A stretch of DNA of 64,000 nucleotides from Candidatus Poribacteria bacterium (GCA_965208735.1 CBDBPM010000002.1:3699687-3763686); one strand, 5' to 3'. Positions 46,914 through 57,261 are shown, numbered from the stretch's first letter. Made by a program: numbers and translations. The notes: generated by a model from the letters alone, not told the origin.

Positions 46914-47299
46914 GTAGGTGTTTTTGCTGTGGTGTTTCCCTTAGGTTGAACGGCGTTGAAAAGGTTGATGTTGATATGCCAAGCACACCTGAAAGTCAAT
47001 AGTTTGCCATATCCATTCAAGAATGGAGTGAAACCCAACTTTACGCTGTCAGGATTCCGGGAACTTCCAAGCCAAAACGTTGGGTTTCACTCGGTTTCTG
47101 GTGAATGTGGTGTACTTAGAGAAAGTTGTGTTTTTCTATGATTTTCAGTGTTTTGATAGCATCCGTTCAACCCAACCTACGGTGTTAGGATTGTTTTTTC
47201 TAAAATCGACCCCTAACCTACTATGTATACTTGTGATGTGCGAAAAGTATAAAAGAAAATAAAGACGAACAGGTTACCAGTATATCTAAGGCAGGAACT

Positions 47300-47524
47300 T
47301 TGGAGGAGATAGCCGACTATTGGGACACGCATAGCTTGGCTGACCACTGGGATGAAACACATGAAGTCAATTTTGAGGTTCGGATGCAGCGAAAGTGTCG
47401 TGTAACACTTACCCCAGAAATCTATGAAAAAATTGAAAAACAAGCCCTTGAACAGGGAGTCTTACCGGAAACTTTGGTTAACTTGTGGTTAGCTGAACGC
47501 CTCCACGCGATCGAATCATCGTAG
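47300..47524 (+). CDS. BrnA/CopG-like antitoxin-like small protein (orphan)
   Basis: The C-terminal RKCRVTLTLTPEIYEKIEKQALEQGVLPETLVNLWLAERL fits the BrnA-type pattern K.vtiRLd.dvl.w.K.qA...G.gYQTlIN..Lre.l. No BrnT-like toxin ORF is adjacent. Confidence 0.4.
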   Translation: MEEIADYWDTHSLADHWDETHEVNFEVRMQRKCRVTLTPEIYEKIEKQALEQGVLPETLVNLWLAERLHAIESS

Positions 47525-47587
47525 ATGACAATCGCCTGGCACAACTATAAGTTGTCCCATTCCATTTAAGCAGATTGAATAACGAAT

Positions 47588-47610
47588 ATTATTCAGAAAT
47601 CCCCTGATAA
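47588..47610 (+). terminator. CCCCTGATAAGGGG hairpin downstream of the 47300 gene (second copy of the 36703 hairpin)
   Basis: ATCCCCTGATAAGGGGTTTCC. Stem of 4-5 GC pairs, loop TGATAA, followed by TTT. Confidence 0.35.
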
Positions 47611-47734
47611 GGGGTTTCCTCCAAGAGAAACGTCTGATTGGGGCAATACTCTCCATGTGTGGATACCGTTTTTTTACATGACAACCTATCCGGCGGGGAG
47701 ATGTAAACCCCGCTAATAAGAGGCGATATAAAAG

Positions 47735-48544
47735 ATGAATTTCAAACAAAAGTTAGCATATATGGCAATCGGTTGTGTATTTACGTTAGTAGGCTACCTC
47801 CTTGCTACACTCGGTGCGGGTGGGTTCAACCCACAAAACGCAACCGCACAAGACAATATGAAACAGGTAATTGATGAAATCATCACTCGGAAATTAAAAG
47901 TTGTCAATTCCGAAGGTAAAACGATTGCTATCTTGGGTGAAGATGAAAACGACAACGGCACCTTATTTATATTCAACAAAGCAAGTGGCTCCAGGGTGGG
48001 TTGCGACTTTGATAAGAATGGAGATGGCAGACTGTTTATCGGTAACAAATCAGGTAAACCCGTCGTTGGCTTGAGTGCTTTTGAGGGATACGGGACCTTA
48101 ATAATTGGCAACAAATCAGGTAAAATTGTCGCTGGTTTAGGTGTTGAAGACGATGCCGGCATCCTATCTATCGCCAACAAAAATGAGATAGAAGTTGCTA
48201 CCTTGAAAGGTTATCTCGGATCTGGCAGTCTGTCTCTCTCCAACAAAGAAGGGATGACCAGGGCTGTGTTGGCAGCAAGTCCCAGTAGTTACCTACCCTC
48301 AATTTATAGGCAGAGGGAAAGAGAAGGGGAAGATGGCGTAACCTTGAGTTACGGCTACGAAGACTCCGGTTTTCTATCTATCTCTAACAAAAACGGGCAT
48401 GAAGTTGCGACATTGGGTGCTACTTCAGACGGTGGCATCCTGTCCATCTATAACAAAAATTCTAAAGTCTCTGCTCGGGTTGGAATAGACACCCATGGAT
48501 GGGGCGGATTCCAATACTTTAAGGGAAAGTGGAGAACCCATTAA
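47735..48544 (+). CDS. Membrane-anchored protein with periodic G.L.I.NK.G repeats
   Basis: N-terminal TM helix. Then at least six repeats of about 24 aa (GTLFIFNKASGSRVG / GRLFIGNKSGKPVVGL / GTLIIGNKSGKIVAGL / GILSIANKNEIEVATL / GSLSLSNKEGMTRAVL / GFLSISNKNGHEVATL / GILSIYNKNSKVSARV). Confidence 0.55.
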   Translation: MNFKQKLAYMAIGCVFTLVGYLLATLGAGGFNPQNATAQDNMKQVIDEIITRKLKVVNSEGKTIAILGEDENDNGTLFIFNKASGSRVGCDFDKNGDGRLFIGNKSGKPVVGLSAFEGYGTLIIGNKSGKIVAGLGVEDDAGILSIANKNEIEVATLKGYLGSGSLSLSNKEGMTRAVLAASPSSYLPSIYRQREREGEDGVTLSYGYEDSGFLSISNKNGHEVATLGATSDGGILSIYNKNSKVSARVGIDTHGWGGFQYFKGKWRTH

Positions 48545-48584
48545 CCTTTACCGTTTTTGAATCGAAATCCAATTATGTAGCAGA

Positions 48585-48902
48585 ATGGAGAGTACAATGA
48601 AATTATTGTCAGAAGATACTAAGGTTGTGAATGCACTTAAGCGTATCTTATTAGGAGAAGACTACTTTTACTTCAAATATAATGAATCAAAGTCAAAAGA
48701 CTACGATTTTTTACATGTTGATGTAATTGATGATAAACCTGATAATGCTAATATGCACAGGAGTTGTATAGTGGAAGAATTAGAACGCGCTTCTAGACGT
48801 TTCTTTAGAGGAGTATATGATTCAGGTCCAAGAGATACTCGTCGGGGAGATTTAGACAAGCAATGGGGTTATTTCAGAATACGTGAACGTAAAAAACCAT
48901 AG
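48585..48902 (+). CDS. Small hypothetical protein (AT-rich ORF)
   Basis: 105 aa ORF with an AGAATGGAGAG RBS-like sequence upstream. No similarity recognised. Composition differs from the neighbouring genes. Confidence 0.35.
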   Translation: MESTMKLLSEDTKVVNALKRILLGEDYFYFKYNESKSKDYDFLHVDVIDDKPDNANMHRSCIVEELERASRRFFRGVYDSGPRDTRRGDLDKQWGYFRIRERKKP

Positions 48903-48988
48903 AGGAGGCACAGAATCTCCACAGTTTTGTGTCTGAAATTACTTATTGCGCTACTTTATCTGCCCACTAACCCAAATTGAGGAATATC

Positions 48989-51484
48989 ATGCAGGACTAT
49001 CAACCAATTTCCCTTACCGACTTATGTAATGTAGGTGCAGAGATTATCGGCGAGAACGCAACGCCGAGCGTCGGGGCACAGACGTTCCACGGGCTTCCTT
49101 TTGAAATCGCTGAGGGTGAAGCCTGTTTCTTGGGCTTCGGTGAAGGTATTAACGCCGATTCTATCCAAGTTCCTATCAGTGCAAGTCCGAAGCGGGTGAT
49201 TTTTGTGCATCGGCTGCTTGAGTCACGCATTCCTGAAGGTGAACCGATCGGCAGGCTGATTGCCAATTATGTTTTCCGGTACACCGATGGTGAAACGGTC
49301 AGCGTGCCAATTCGCGAACGCTTTGAAATTGGCAGTGTACCGCAAGGATGGGGACAACAGACCTTCCTTGCGATACCTGACCGGCAAGAAAGTTTAGCAT
49401 CGCGGCACGAGGGACCTTGGGGGTCCGCAGGCAACCGACAAACGGAGGTGAGCCAAGGGACACCGCGCGACTACTATTTATGGACCTGGAAAAATCCGAG
49501 GGACGGCGTTGAAGTCGCATCCATTGAAATCCAGCCGCAAGAACGGCGTTTTATTGTTGCAGGGATTACGCTCGGTTATCTCAACGAAGACCCAATACCG
49601 CGTCGTCCACGCCGCGAAGTCAAAATCACGCTTCCGCAATCTGATGATGCCGACAAACCCTTTGATATGGAAGTCAATGTTGATCGTGGTGTTGCGACCT
49701 ATCCGTACCCACTACCCGAAAACTCACCTGATGCGTTTATCAACGACGATTTCAAGGGTTGGGGTGAATCTCAAAACAACAAAAGCAGTCCTGCCTATGT
49801 TGAAGTGTCCGCGACGCCATCCGCAAGTGTTGAAGTCAAAAACCAAGGTGAGACGCTTGGCACTGTCAATTGGGGAGAAGTCGAAGAAAAAGGAGTTGTT
49901 CAGCCTAACGAGCGTGTCAAAGTAGAGGTCATTGACTCTGGCAGGAACTGGGTATATACCACTGTAATTGACGACGATACGAACAAACCGGTGCCGTGTC
50001 GTGTCCATTTCCGTTCACCGCACGGCGTGCCGTACGCGCCGCACGGGCACCATGCGCACGTCAACTCAAACATGGGGACGTGGCACGTGGATGTCGGTGG
50101 CGATGTGCGACTTGGACAGATTAGTTACGCCTACATTGACGGCACGTGTCAGGGATGGCTCCCTCGCGGTGAAGTTATCGTGGATGTCGCCCGCGGCTTT
50201 GAATATACGCCTTTGCGAACGACCGTCAACATAGAACCCGGACAACGCGAGTTAACACTCCGCTTAAAGCGGTGGTGCAATATGAACGCTGAACGCTATT
50301 TCAGCGGCGACACGCACGTCCATTTCCTCTCCACGCAAGGCGCGCATACCGAAGCACAAGGCGAAGACCTTGGCGTTGTCAATCTTCTCCTTTCGCAATG
50401 GGGACACCTCTTCACGAATACCGAAGAATTCATCGGGAGACCTACGACCTCTGCCGATGGACGGAGCATCGTCTACGCGACGCAGGAGAATCGCCAGCAT
50501 GTCCTCGGTCACCTCACACTGTTGGGCTTGAAGGAACAGGTCGCACCGTGGTGTTCGGATGGTCCCGGAGAAGCGGAACTCGGTGGAAATATGGAGGTCA
50601 CGCTCTCACACTGGGCAGATGCGTGTCACGCACAGGGTGGCACCGTTGTTTTACCCCATATTCCGAACCCAAATTGCGAACCAGCGACGCTTATCGCTAC
50701 GGGACGCGTGGATGCCGTCGAATACCTCACCAACGCTATGTATGGGCATCTTGAGTACTACCGTTATCTCAACTGTGGCTATAAATTGCCACTCGTCGGT
50801 GGAACGGATAAGATGACGAGCGATGTGCCAGTCGGTGTCTATCGCACTTATGTTCACATTCCTGACAACGAGGAATTCAATTACGATAACTGGTGCAAAT
50901 ACATGAGTGCCGGAAACACATTCCTCAGCGGCGGTCCCATGATCCGCCTGACCGTCGATGGACAGCCAATCGGTAGCACGATTAACCTACCCGGTAACGG
51001 TGGCACTGTTGAGGTTGAAGCCTCTGCGGATTCCATCTTCCCGATACACACCTTGCAGATTGTGCAAGCAGGACAGGTCGTCGCTTCCACTGAGGACAAG
51101 GATGGTAAAGCGCATTTACACCTGAAAGCGAACCTGAAAGTGGACAAACACTCATGGATTGCGGCGCGATGCGGTGGACCTAACTACGCACAAGCCGTCC
51201 CGCACTACGATGGGTGGGGACGCGGCATCATTGCACACACCTCCCCAGTCTATATTGCAGTCGGCGGCGAATGGTGGATGTTCGACCCAGAAACGGCAAA
51301 CTATATGCTGACCTTGATTGAGGGTGGGTTGTCCTATATCCAGCAGACAGCGCGTCATCATGAACACGGCACTGTAACGCACCACCACGGCGAGGATGAC
51401 CATCTGGAATTCCTTTCTCGTCCGTTCCAAGAAGCACGACAGGCAATCCATCGCCGAATGCATCAGTTGGGTATCCCGCATTAG
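48989..51484 (+). CDS. Large protein with a C-terminal PHP/CehA-McbA-like metal-dependent hydrolase region
   Basis: GDTHVHFLSTQGAHTE (the HxH metal motif), further His clusters (HIPNPN, HYDGWGRG) and a histidine-rich tail (HHEHGTVTHHHGEDDH). The N-terminal 400 aa are unassigned. Confidence 0.55.
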   Translation: MQDYQPISLTDLCNVGAEIIGENATPSVGAQTFHGLPFEIAEGEACFLGFGEGINADSIQVPISASPKRVIFVHRLLESRIPEGEPIGRLIANYVFRYTDGETVSVPIRERFEIGSVPQGWGQQTFLAIPDRQESLASRHEGPWGSAGNRQTEVSQGTPRDYYLWTWKNPRDGVEVASIEIQPQERRFIVAGITLGYLNEDPIPRRPRREVKITLPQSDDADKPFDMEVNVDRGVATYPYPLPENSPDAFINDDFKGWGESQNNKSSPAYVEVSATPSASVEVKNQGETLGTVNWGEVEEKGVVQPNERVKVEVIDSGRNWVYTTVIDDDTNKPVPCRVHFRSPHGVPYAPHGHHAHVNSNMGTWHVDVGGDVRLGQISYAYIDGTCQGWLPRGEVIVDVARGFEYTPLRTTVNIEPGQRELTLRLKRWCNMNAERYFSGDTHVHFLSTQGAHTEAQGEDLGVVNLLLSQWGHLFTNTEEFIGRPTTSADGRSIVYATQENRQHVLGHLTLLGLKEQVAPWCSDGPGEAELGGNMEVTLSHWADACHAQGGTVVLPHIPNPNCEPATLIATGRVDAVEYLTNAMYGHLEYYRYLNCGYKLPLVGGTDKMTSDVPVGVYRTYVHIPDNEEFNYDNWCKYMSAGNTFLSGGPMIRLTVDGQPIGSTINLPGNGGTVEVEASADSIFPIHTLQIVQAGQVVASTEDKDGKAHLHLKANLKVDKHSWIAARCGGPNYAQAVPHYDGWGRGIIAHTSPVYIAVGGEWWMFDPETANYMLTLIEGGLSYIQQTARHHEHGTVTHHHGEDDHLEFLSRPFQEARQAIHRRMHQLGIPH

Positions 51485-51704
51485 ATAATCGTAGGGGCGA
51501 GGTCACCTCGTCCCTACAGCAAACGCATTCCAAAATCCTAAGTGGACAAATCCGTAATTTTAGACAGTTCTTGTAGGTTGGGTTGAACGGTAAAAGACAG
51601 ATAACTATCAGGTTTCAAAGGAGATACGGTTTTCCAATAAACCGTCGATAGAGATAGGCATAGCGAAACCCAACAATCCAACGACACCATCATTGGGGGT
51701 AAAC

Positions 51705-52679
51705 ATGCCGAAAGAATTAATAGCCGTTGCGCCACGACAACCCGTTTTGCAAGAATATGAGGACGGTCCCGTTCCCGCAGGCAGCGTTCGAGTTCAAGTC
51801 GAATTCGGTGCCCCTAAACGCGGCACTGAACTAACAGCGTACTACGGATACAACAACGCAAATTTTCCACTCAGACTTGGGAATATGTGCGTCGGAAAAA
51901 TTATTGAAATCGGAGACGATGTTGAAGGTTTCACTATTGGGGAACGCGTTTCCAGCCACGGGCATCTCAAGGAGACACACACATGGGACGCAAACCGGCT
52001 TCTCAAAATGCATGATCAGATGACATGGAAAGAGGCGGTCTGCTATGATCCATTACACTTCGCAATGTCCGCAATTCGTGATGGCAAGGTCCGTGTTGGC
52101 GAGAGGGTGGCCGTCTTTGGACTCGGTGCCATCGGGTTGATGACAGTACAGATGGCGCGGATCGCGGGGGCGGATTTCGTCGCTGCTGTGGACCCGATTG
52201 AAAGACGGCGGAAAGTCGCTGGAAAGACTGGCGCGGAACTTGTTATTGATCCGATCGCCTCCAATACTGGCGAAGTGCTCAAAAAAGCGACCGGGGGGCT
52301 TGGCGTTGATGTGGCTGTGGAAACGAGTGCAATCTACGAGGCACTTGATGATGCACTTCGCAGCGTCACCTTTGAAGGAACAATTGTCTACGCTGGGCGC
52401 GCAAAAGCATGTACAGGTGGGCTCGACCTCGGTGCTGTCGCGCATGTCAATATTCCGAATATCATCTTTGCACGCGCCAACAGCGATCCGAACCGCGATC
52501 ATCCGCGCTGGAATTTCAAGCGTATTATTGATACCTGTTGGAAATGGCTCGCAGAAGGGCGATTTGACTGTGAAGATGTCGTTGATCCGGTTGTGCCGTT
52601 TGAAGATTCAGTCGAGGCTTACATAGAGATGGACAATCATCCTGAACGGAGCGTTAAATTGGGAGTTTCCTTCGGTTGA
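51705..52679 (+). CDS. Zinc-dependent medium-chain dehydrogenase/reductase (threonine/sorbitol dehydrogenase-like)
   Basis: GERVAVFGLGAIGLMTVQMARIAGA Rossmann motif and an MDR N-terminal catalytic domain. Start at the ATG 51705. Confidence 0.75.
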   Translation: MPKELIAVAPRQPVLQEYEDGPVPAGSVRVQVEFGAPKRGTELTAYYGYNNANFPLRLGNMCVGKIIEIGDDVEGFTIGERVSSHGHLKETHTWDANRLLKMHDQMTWKEAVCYDPLHFAMSAIRDGKVRVGERVAVFGLGAIGLMTVQMARIAGADFVAAVDPIERRRKVAGKTGAELVIDPIASNTGEVLKKATGGLGVDVAVETSAIYEALDDALRSVTFEGTIVYAGRAKACTGGLDLGAVAHVNIPNIIFARANSDPNRDHPRWNFKRIIDTCWKWLAEGRFDCEDVVDPVVPFEDSVEAYIEMDNHPERSVKLGVSFG

Positions 52680-52841
52680 GGTTTTTTACTTCTTCGGTTT
52701 TCGCTCTGTACTTCGCTTCGCTTACGTGCAGGTTTCTGGTGATGCTAAAGACGTAGCCTGCAACAACGGCGCAGGCGGATCTACGGCAAATAACGTTATT
52801 TAACCAATTCACCTAATCGAACCGCAAGGAATAATTAAAAA

Positions 52842-53732
52842 TTACTGATATGCAATTAAAAAAATGCCGAGGACCATCACAATAGCGGCGATGAATCGGC
52901 GTTTTGTGTAAGTCTCTTTCAGGGTGTACCCACCGAGCAAAACAACGAAAATGACAGAACACTGCCGAACCGCGGTCACATAACTGACCTTTTCTGTCAT
53001 CAAGACGTAGAGGATGAGCGAATAGGATACCAACGAAAGTACAACAACAGCGAGCGCACGTTTCCATTCTGTGCGTCCAATCTCGGCAATTTGCTGGTGT
53101 GGAAACCGGGCAAGGCAGGACAAACCGTAAAGGACTTGCGAAATACTATTCTCCATTAAATAGTAGGTCACGGCTCGCCACAAGGGAGCATCCATCGAGT
53201 AGCGATGAAATTCAGACATCCCTTGCTTGTCTATCAGTGAATACCCAATGACGCTTGCCAGGGTTGCGTAAGCCCAGAGAGCATCAGGTTTGCCAAGGTA
53301 ACGAAACAACGTCTTGAACTGGATGCGCGCCTCGCGTTGCTGATAGAGTATTATGGATGCCATTACACATAAGATGCCGACCATGCCTTGTGCTGAAATT
53401 CGTTCCTTCAAAAAAAGAAAGGCAAAGAGTGGCAAGAAGGCTGGTGCAGCACGTGTAATTGGATAAACAAACGAAATCTCGCCAACTGTATAAGCGTGCG
53501 TCAAAAACAACTTGTATAACAGGTGGACAAAAGCGGAGCCAAGAATATAGATCCATACCGGTTTCGGAATTACCGGTTGCTTGATACCAAAGGCAATGAA
53601 CGCTATTACTATGGTGTAGAATCCACACCAGAAAAAGAGGATTCGTGTATCTCTACTGGATTTGCTGTAGAAATTCCATAAGGCGTGGCAAAATGCTGAC
53701 AGCAGAATTAAGGCGATTGAAGTAGAAGCCAT
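52842..53732 (-). CDS. EamA/DMT-family transporter
   Basis: Ten predicted TM helices arranged as two EamA-like halves. Confidence 0.7.
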   Translation of the reverse strand: MASTSIALILLSAFCHALWNFYSKSSRDTRILFFWCGFYTIVIAFIAFGIKQPVIPKPVWIYILGSAFVHLLYKLFLTHAYTVGEISFVYPITRAAPAFLPLFAFLFLKERISAQGMVGILCVMASIILYQQREARIQFKTLFRYLGKPDALWAYATLASVIGYSLIDKQGMSEFHRYSMDAPLWRAVTYYLMENSISQVLYGLSCLARFPHQQIAEIGRTEWKRALAVVVLSLVSYSLILYVLMTEKVSYVTAVRQCSVIFVVLLGGYTLKETYTKRRFIAAIVMVLGIFLIAYQ

Positions 53733-53799
53733 AGGACCCCTTGTTATTTGTAGTCAACGATCTTGTGTCGTTCTTTTTCTAATTCCACAGGAGATAATT

Positions 53800-54792
53800 A
53801 TGTACAAAAAATGGAAAAAACACCAGCCTTTTATTTTATTTGGGTTTGTCTTTGGCGTACTTGCCCTCACAACAACCGTTACGCTCACCCAAGAATCGTG
53901 GTTTCCTTCTGAATGGGGTGCTGATGACCGACGGGGTGCCGTAAACCGATTAACGCCAGAGAAAGTGTTGGAAGCTGCGGGTTTGATTAAAACTGGTGAA
54001 GTTTATCAACTCGGCAGAGTCTATGAGAGTGGCATCCCTGTTTTCGGGACACGACACTATAGCCTGCGGATTCCAGCGATGTCCGGTCCTCTTGGTGAAA
54101 ACAAAACAACGTGGTTTGAGGAAATTTTCAGCGGCGAGATCGGTCAGATCGGCACCCAATTTGACGGACTCGGTCACATCGGTATCGGCGATCTCTACTA
54201 CAACGGCTTGGACCAGCGCGATTTCGCCAAAGCCGAAGGGCTCACGGAACTTGGTGTTGAAAACGTGGGTCCTATTGTAACACGCGGTGTCCTGATTGAT
54301 GTTGCTGGCTATAAAGGCGTTGAATGCCTCGGCGATAGTTATGAAATTACGCGCGCTGATCTGGAAGGTGCCTTGAAAAAACAGGGAGTCGAGATTACTC
54401 CGGGTGATGTCGTTATCATCCATACGGGTTGGGGTAAATTCTGGATGACGGACAATGATCGCTACGGGACCACTGAACCGGGCATCGGGTTGGAAGCGGG
54501 ACAATACCTCGTTGACCAGAAAATTGTGATGCTCTGTTCTGATAACTGGGGTATTGAGGTCGTCCCGAACCCTGATGAGTCCCTCGCCTTTCCGGTGCAT
54601 CAACTGTTTATCGTCAAACACGGGATTTACAACCTTGAGAACATTATCACAGAAGAGTTAGCGGCGGCGAAGGTCTACGAATTCGCCTTCAGTTTCGCGC
54701 CCTGCGTCTCAAAGGCGCGACGGGTTCCCCCGGCAATCCGATCGCCATTCGATAGTTGCTTATGGTGGGACAGCAGCCTTGCTGTCCCATAA
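53800..54792 (+). CDS. Cyclase-family protein (kynurenine formamidase-like fold)
   Basis: N-terminal TM/signal segment and a GTQFDGLGHIG motif that resembles the cyclase-family HxGTHxDAPxH region. Confidence 0.6.
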   Translation: MYKKWKKHQPFILFGFVFGVLALTTTVTLTQESWFPSEWGADDRRGAVNRLTPEKVLEAAGLIKTGEVYQLGRVYESGIPVFGTRHYSLRIPAMSGPLGENKTTWFEEIFSGEIGQIGTQFDGLGHIGIGDLYYNGLDQRDFAKAEGLTELGVENVGPIVTRGVLIDVAGYKGVECLGDSYEITRADLEGALKKQGVEITPGDVVIIHTGWGKFWMTDNDRYGTTEPGIGLEAGQYLVDQKIVMLCSDNWGIEVVPNPDESLAFPVHQLFIVKHGIYNLENIITEELAAAKVYEFAFSFAPCVSKARRVPPAIRSPFDSCLWWDSSLAVP

Positions 54793-54978
54793 CACTTCTT
54801 TTTTCTCCATCCACATCTGCACAAATCCGTGCAGTCTTCTCTCCGTTTGCCCCATTTCGTGCAGATAGTATCCACGCTGAACCCACTAAATCCGTGATAT
54901 TTCCCATTTTTCCCATCGTTTTAAATTGGCACAGAATTTGCTATTTACCTGACAACATAACTTTAGGGGAGATGTTCC

Positions 54979-55956
54979 ATGAAATTGCTACGTATTTTCT
55001 GTTTATGTTGCCTGAGTTTAGGACTGGTGTATTCTGTCTCTGCGAAACCACTCACAACCGAAAAAATTATCTTTTCGTCTTATCGAAATGGCAACTCGGA
55101 AATTTATATGATGAATCCCGATGGCAGTGAACAGGTTAGATTAACCAATCACCGAGCAGACGATTTCAGTCCGGTTTGCTCACCAACAGGGGAAGAAATC
55201 CTCTTCGTTTCTGATCGAGGCGGCGAGCGTGATCTCTATATTATGCGTGCTGATGGACACGGAGAGCGACCTGTATTTCGCACAGCACCCGCATATAGAG
55301 ATGATCCCGCTTGGTCCCCTGATGGAGGAAAAATTGCTTATATTCAACTTAACCGTGAGACTAAAAGGACAGCCGTCTATACTGCCAAGGCAGACGGAAC
55401 GTCGGTAAACCGCATTGTCGAAATGGAAAAAGCGGATGGTGAAGAGCCCATTTGGTCCCCGGATGGAACAGAAATTGCGTATGTTGTGAGGGACGAGATT
55501 CGTTGGGCGAGCCGCCAGATCCGATTTATCAACCTAAAAACCGACAAGCAAGAGACACTCCAACTCGATGGTCACCAGCGAATGTTTCAACCGGCATGGT
55601 CACCGACTCACAACAAAATCGCCTTTGTCTGGCGCAGACCGGAGTTTGCACAACAGTCCATATTCATCGTCAATCGCGATGGTAGTGAACTTCAACAGAT
55701 TGTTGATGATGTGAGTATTGTCATAGGGATAAAAACACTCACTTGGTCGCCGTCTGGCGATGAACTTGCCTATTCCCAAACAATTGACGGTAAAACTCAG
55801 ATTTTCAAAATCAATGTGGTAACGCTCGAAATCGCGCAACTTACGCACGATGGAAGCAATTATATAGGTAATTGGTTTGACCCGTTGGCTTTACCCGTCT
55901 CACCGCAGCCGCAGTTACTCACGACCACATGGGGTGAAATCAAAAGTTCGGATTGA
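54979..55956 (+). CDS. Periplasmic TolB-like beta-propeller protein (PD40 repeats)
   Basis: Signal peptide and multiple PD40 units (FSP.CSPTGEEILFVSDR...DLY, PAWSPDGGKIAY, PIWSPDGTEIAY). Confidence 0.7.
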   Translation: MKLLRIFCLCCLSLGLVYSVSAKPLTTEKIIFSSYRNGNSEIYMMNPDGSEQVRLTNHRADDFSPVCSPTGEEILFVSDRGGERDLYIMRADGHGERPVFRTAPAYRDDPAWSPDGGKIAYIQLNRETKRTAVYTAKADGTSVNRIVEMEKADGEEPIWSPDGTEIAYVVRDEIRWASRQIRFINLKTDKQETLQLDGHQRMFQPAWSPTHNKIAFVWRRPEFAQQSIFIVNRDGSELQQIVDDVSIVIGIKTLTWSPSGDELAYSQTIDGKTQIFKINVVTLEIAQLTHDGSNYIGNWFDPLALPVSPQPQLLTTTWGEIKSSD

Positions 55957-56128
55957 ACCTGAATGATTATATTGCTTTCCTCTTATGTAGCATAGACTGT
56001 TAGTCTGTATTCCCGTATGCCAACGTCCTTCATAACATTCGGTAATGCGACAACACTATTCACCTGAAAAACGCATCAAGGAGGTGTTCATTGTGGTGCC
56101 CCAAATTTTCCAACAGACTGTTTTGAAA

Positions 56129-56611
56129 ATGAACAGATTTGCTTTTACTTTACATTTCGCGTTTATCGCAAGCATTTTACTGGCAGGGTGCACGGCACCC
56201 GCACATTTGAGGCAGAGGGCGCATCCCTCTACTTCAGAGCTCTCACCAGATGAGAAGATGCAGCAAACTATAGGCAGATGGAAAGGTACACACATCTCAA
56301 AGGCTGTTCAGAAATGGGGAGCACCAAAGGAAGTTAACGATGACGGGACGGGTTGGCAGACCTATATTTGGCACGTACCCGTGCAGGGGTTCTTAGCTGG
56401 ACAAGAGGCAGATATACCGGGATTTCAAATCCGACAAGACCATCAATTCTATTCCCAACGCCGTCCGAGTGGCATGCAGGGAGTAGGTGGAGTCTATGGG
56501 TCAACAGGTTACACCTACGAACTCACATTTTATACGCGTCCAGACGGCATAATTTCCAAAACTGACACCAAAAAGAATTATGACCCTGCAAGCGAACTCA
56601 AGTGGAAGTAG
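56129..56611 (+). CDS. Lipoprotein (paralog A)
   Basis: MNRFAFTLHFAFIASILLAGC lipobox. Shares ISKAVQKWGAP...YIWHVP and YELTFYTRPDG segments with 57262-57717. Identical 5' leader TTTTGAAAATGAACAGATT. Confidence 0.6.
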   Translation: MNRFAFTLHFAFIASILLAGCTAPAHLRQRAHPSTSELSPDEKMQQTIGRWKGTHISKAVQKWGAPKEVNDDGTGWQTYIWHVPVQGFLAGQEADIPGFQIRQDHQFYSQRRPSGMQGVGGVYGSTGYTYELTFYTRPDGIISKTDTKKNYDPASELKWK

Positions 56612-56653
56612 AGGTATTTAGGCTATTCACAAATAAAACGGAGGTGAAAACCA

Positions 56654-57232
56654 ATGTTGAGTAGAATCTGCTCTTTATGTGTATGTGTGGCAATCGGAGT
56701 GTGTTTACTCACGGTAGGGTGTGCACCACTTCCAAGACGAATAGAGACTACACACCTATCCTGCAAGGCGTATCCATCGCTTGTTGACGGTGATCTTGCC
56801 ACAAATAGCTTCCTGAAGGTAAAAGGCTTTGTTGAAAAGGATAACACTGCTTATAAGCACAGTCTCCGATATGGCGATTGGGTGGAAGGTAAACATAAGG
56901 CTGAGGCATTGATTCAACTTGATACGCTTACGCCTGTCGCTTACATTCAGGTGCATCCAATTTCAACCATTTATCGTCTCTCGGTAGACACATCGACGGC
57001 AGAGATCGCGCATGAAAAATTACATCATTTTGAGCCAGTGACGAGTCATAAGATTGCAAGATCCGAGAACGGCGCAGTGATACGCATTGATATCGACAGA
57101 CCCGTTCGGACGCTGCGAGTTTCTATCTATGCCAATCGTGATTTAGCGGGTGCTACACGAGAACCAGTAACTGGTAGAACTAAAGTGTCCTTTGAGGATG
57201 TTGTGATTCGGGAAATTCGGGTGTATCAGTGA
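56654..57232 (+). CDS. Lipoprotein
   Basis: Signal peptide with LTVGC lipobox. RBS GGAGGTG. Confidence 0.55.
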   Translation: MLSRICSLCVCVAIGVCLLTVGCAPLPRRIETTHLSCKAYPSLVDGDLATNSFLKVKGFVEKDNTAYKHSLRYGDWVEGKHKAEALIQLDTLTPVAYIQVHPISTIYRLSVDTSTAEIAHEKLHHFEPVTSHKIARSENGAVIRIDIDRPVRTLRVSIYANRDLAGATREPVTGRTKVSFEDVVIREIRVYQ

Positions 57233-57261
57233 TGGAAACCAAGACAATAGGAGTTTTGAAA

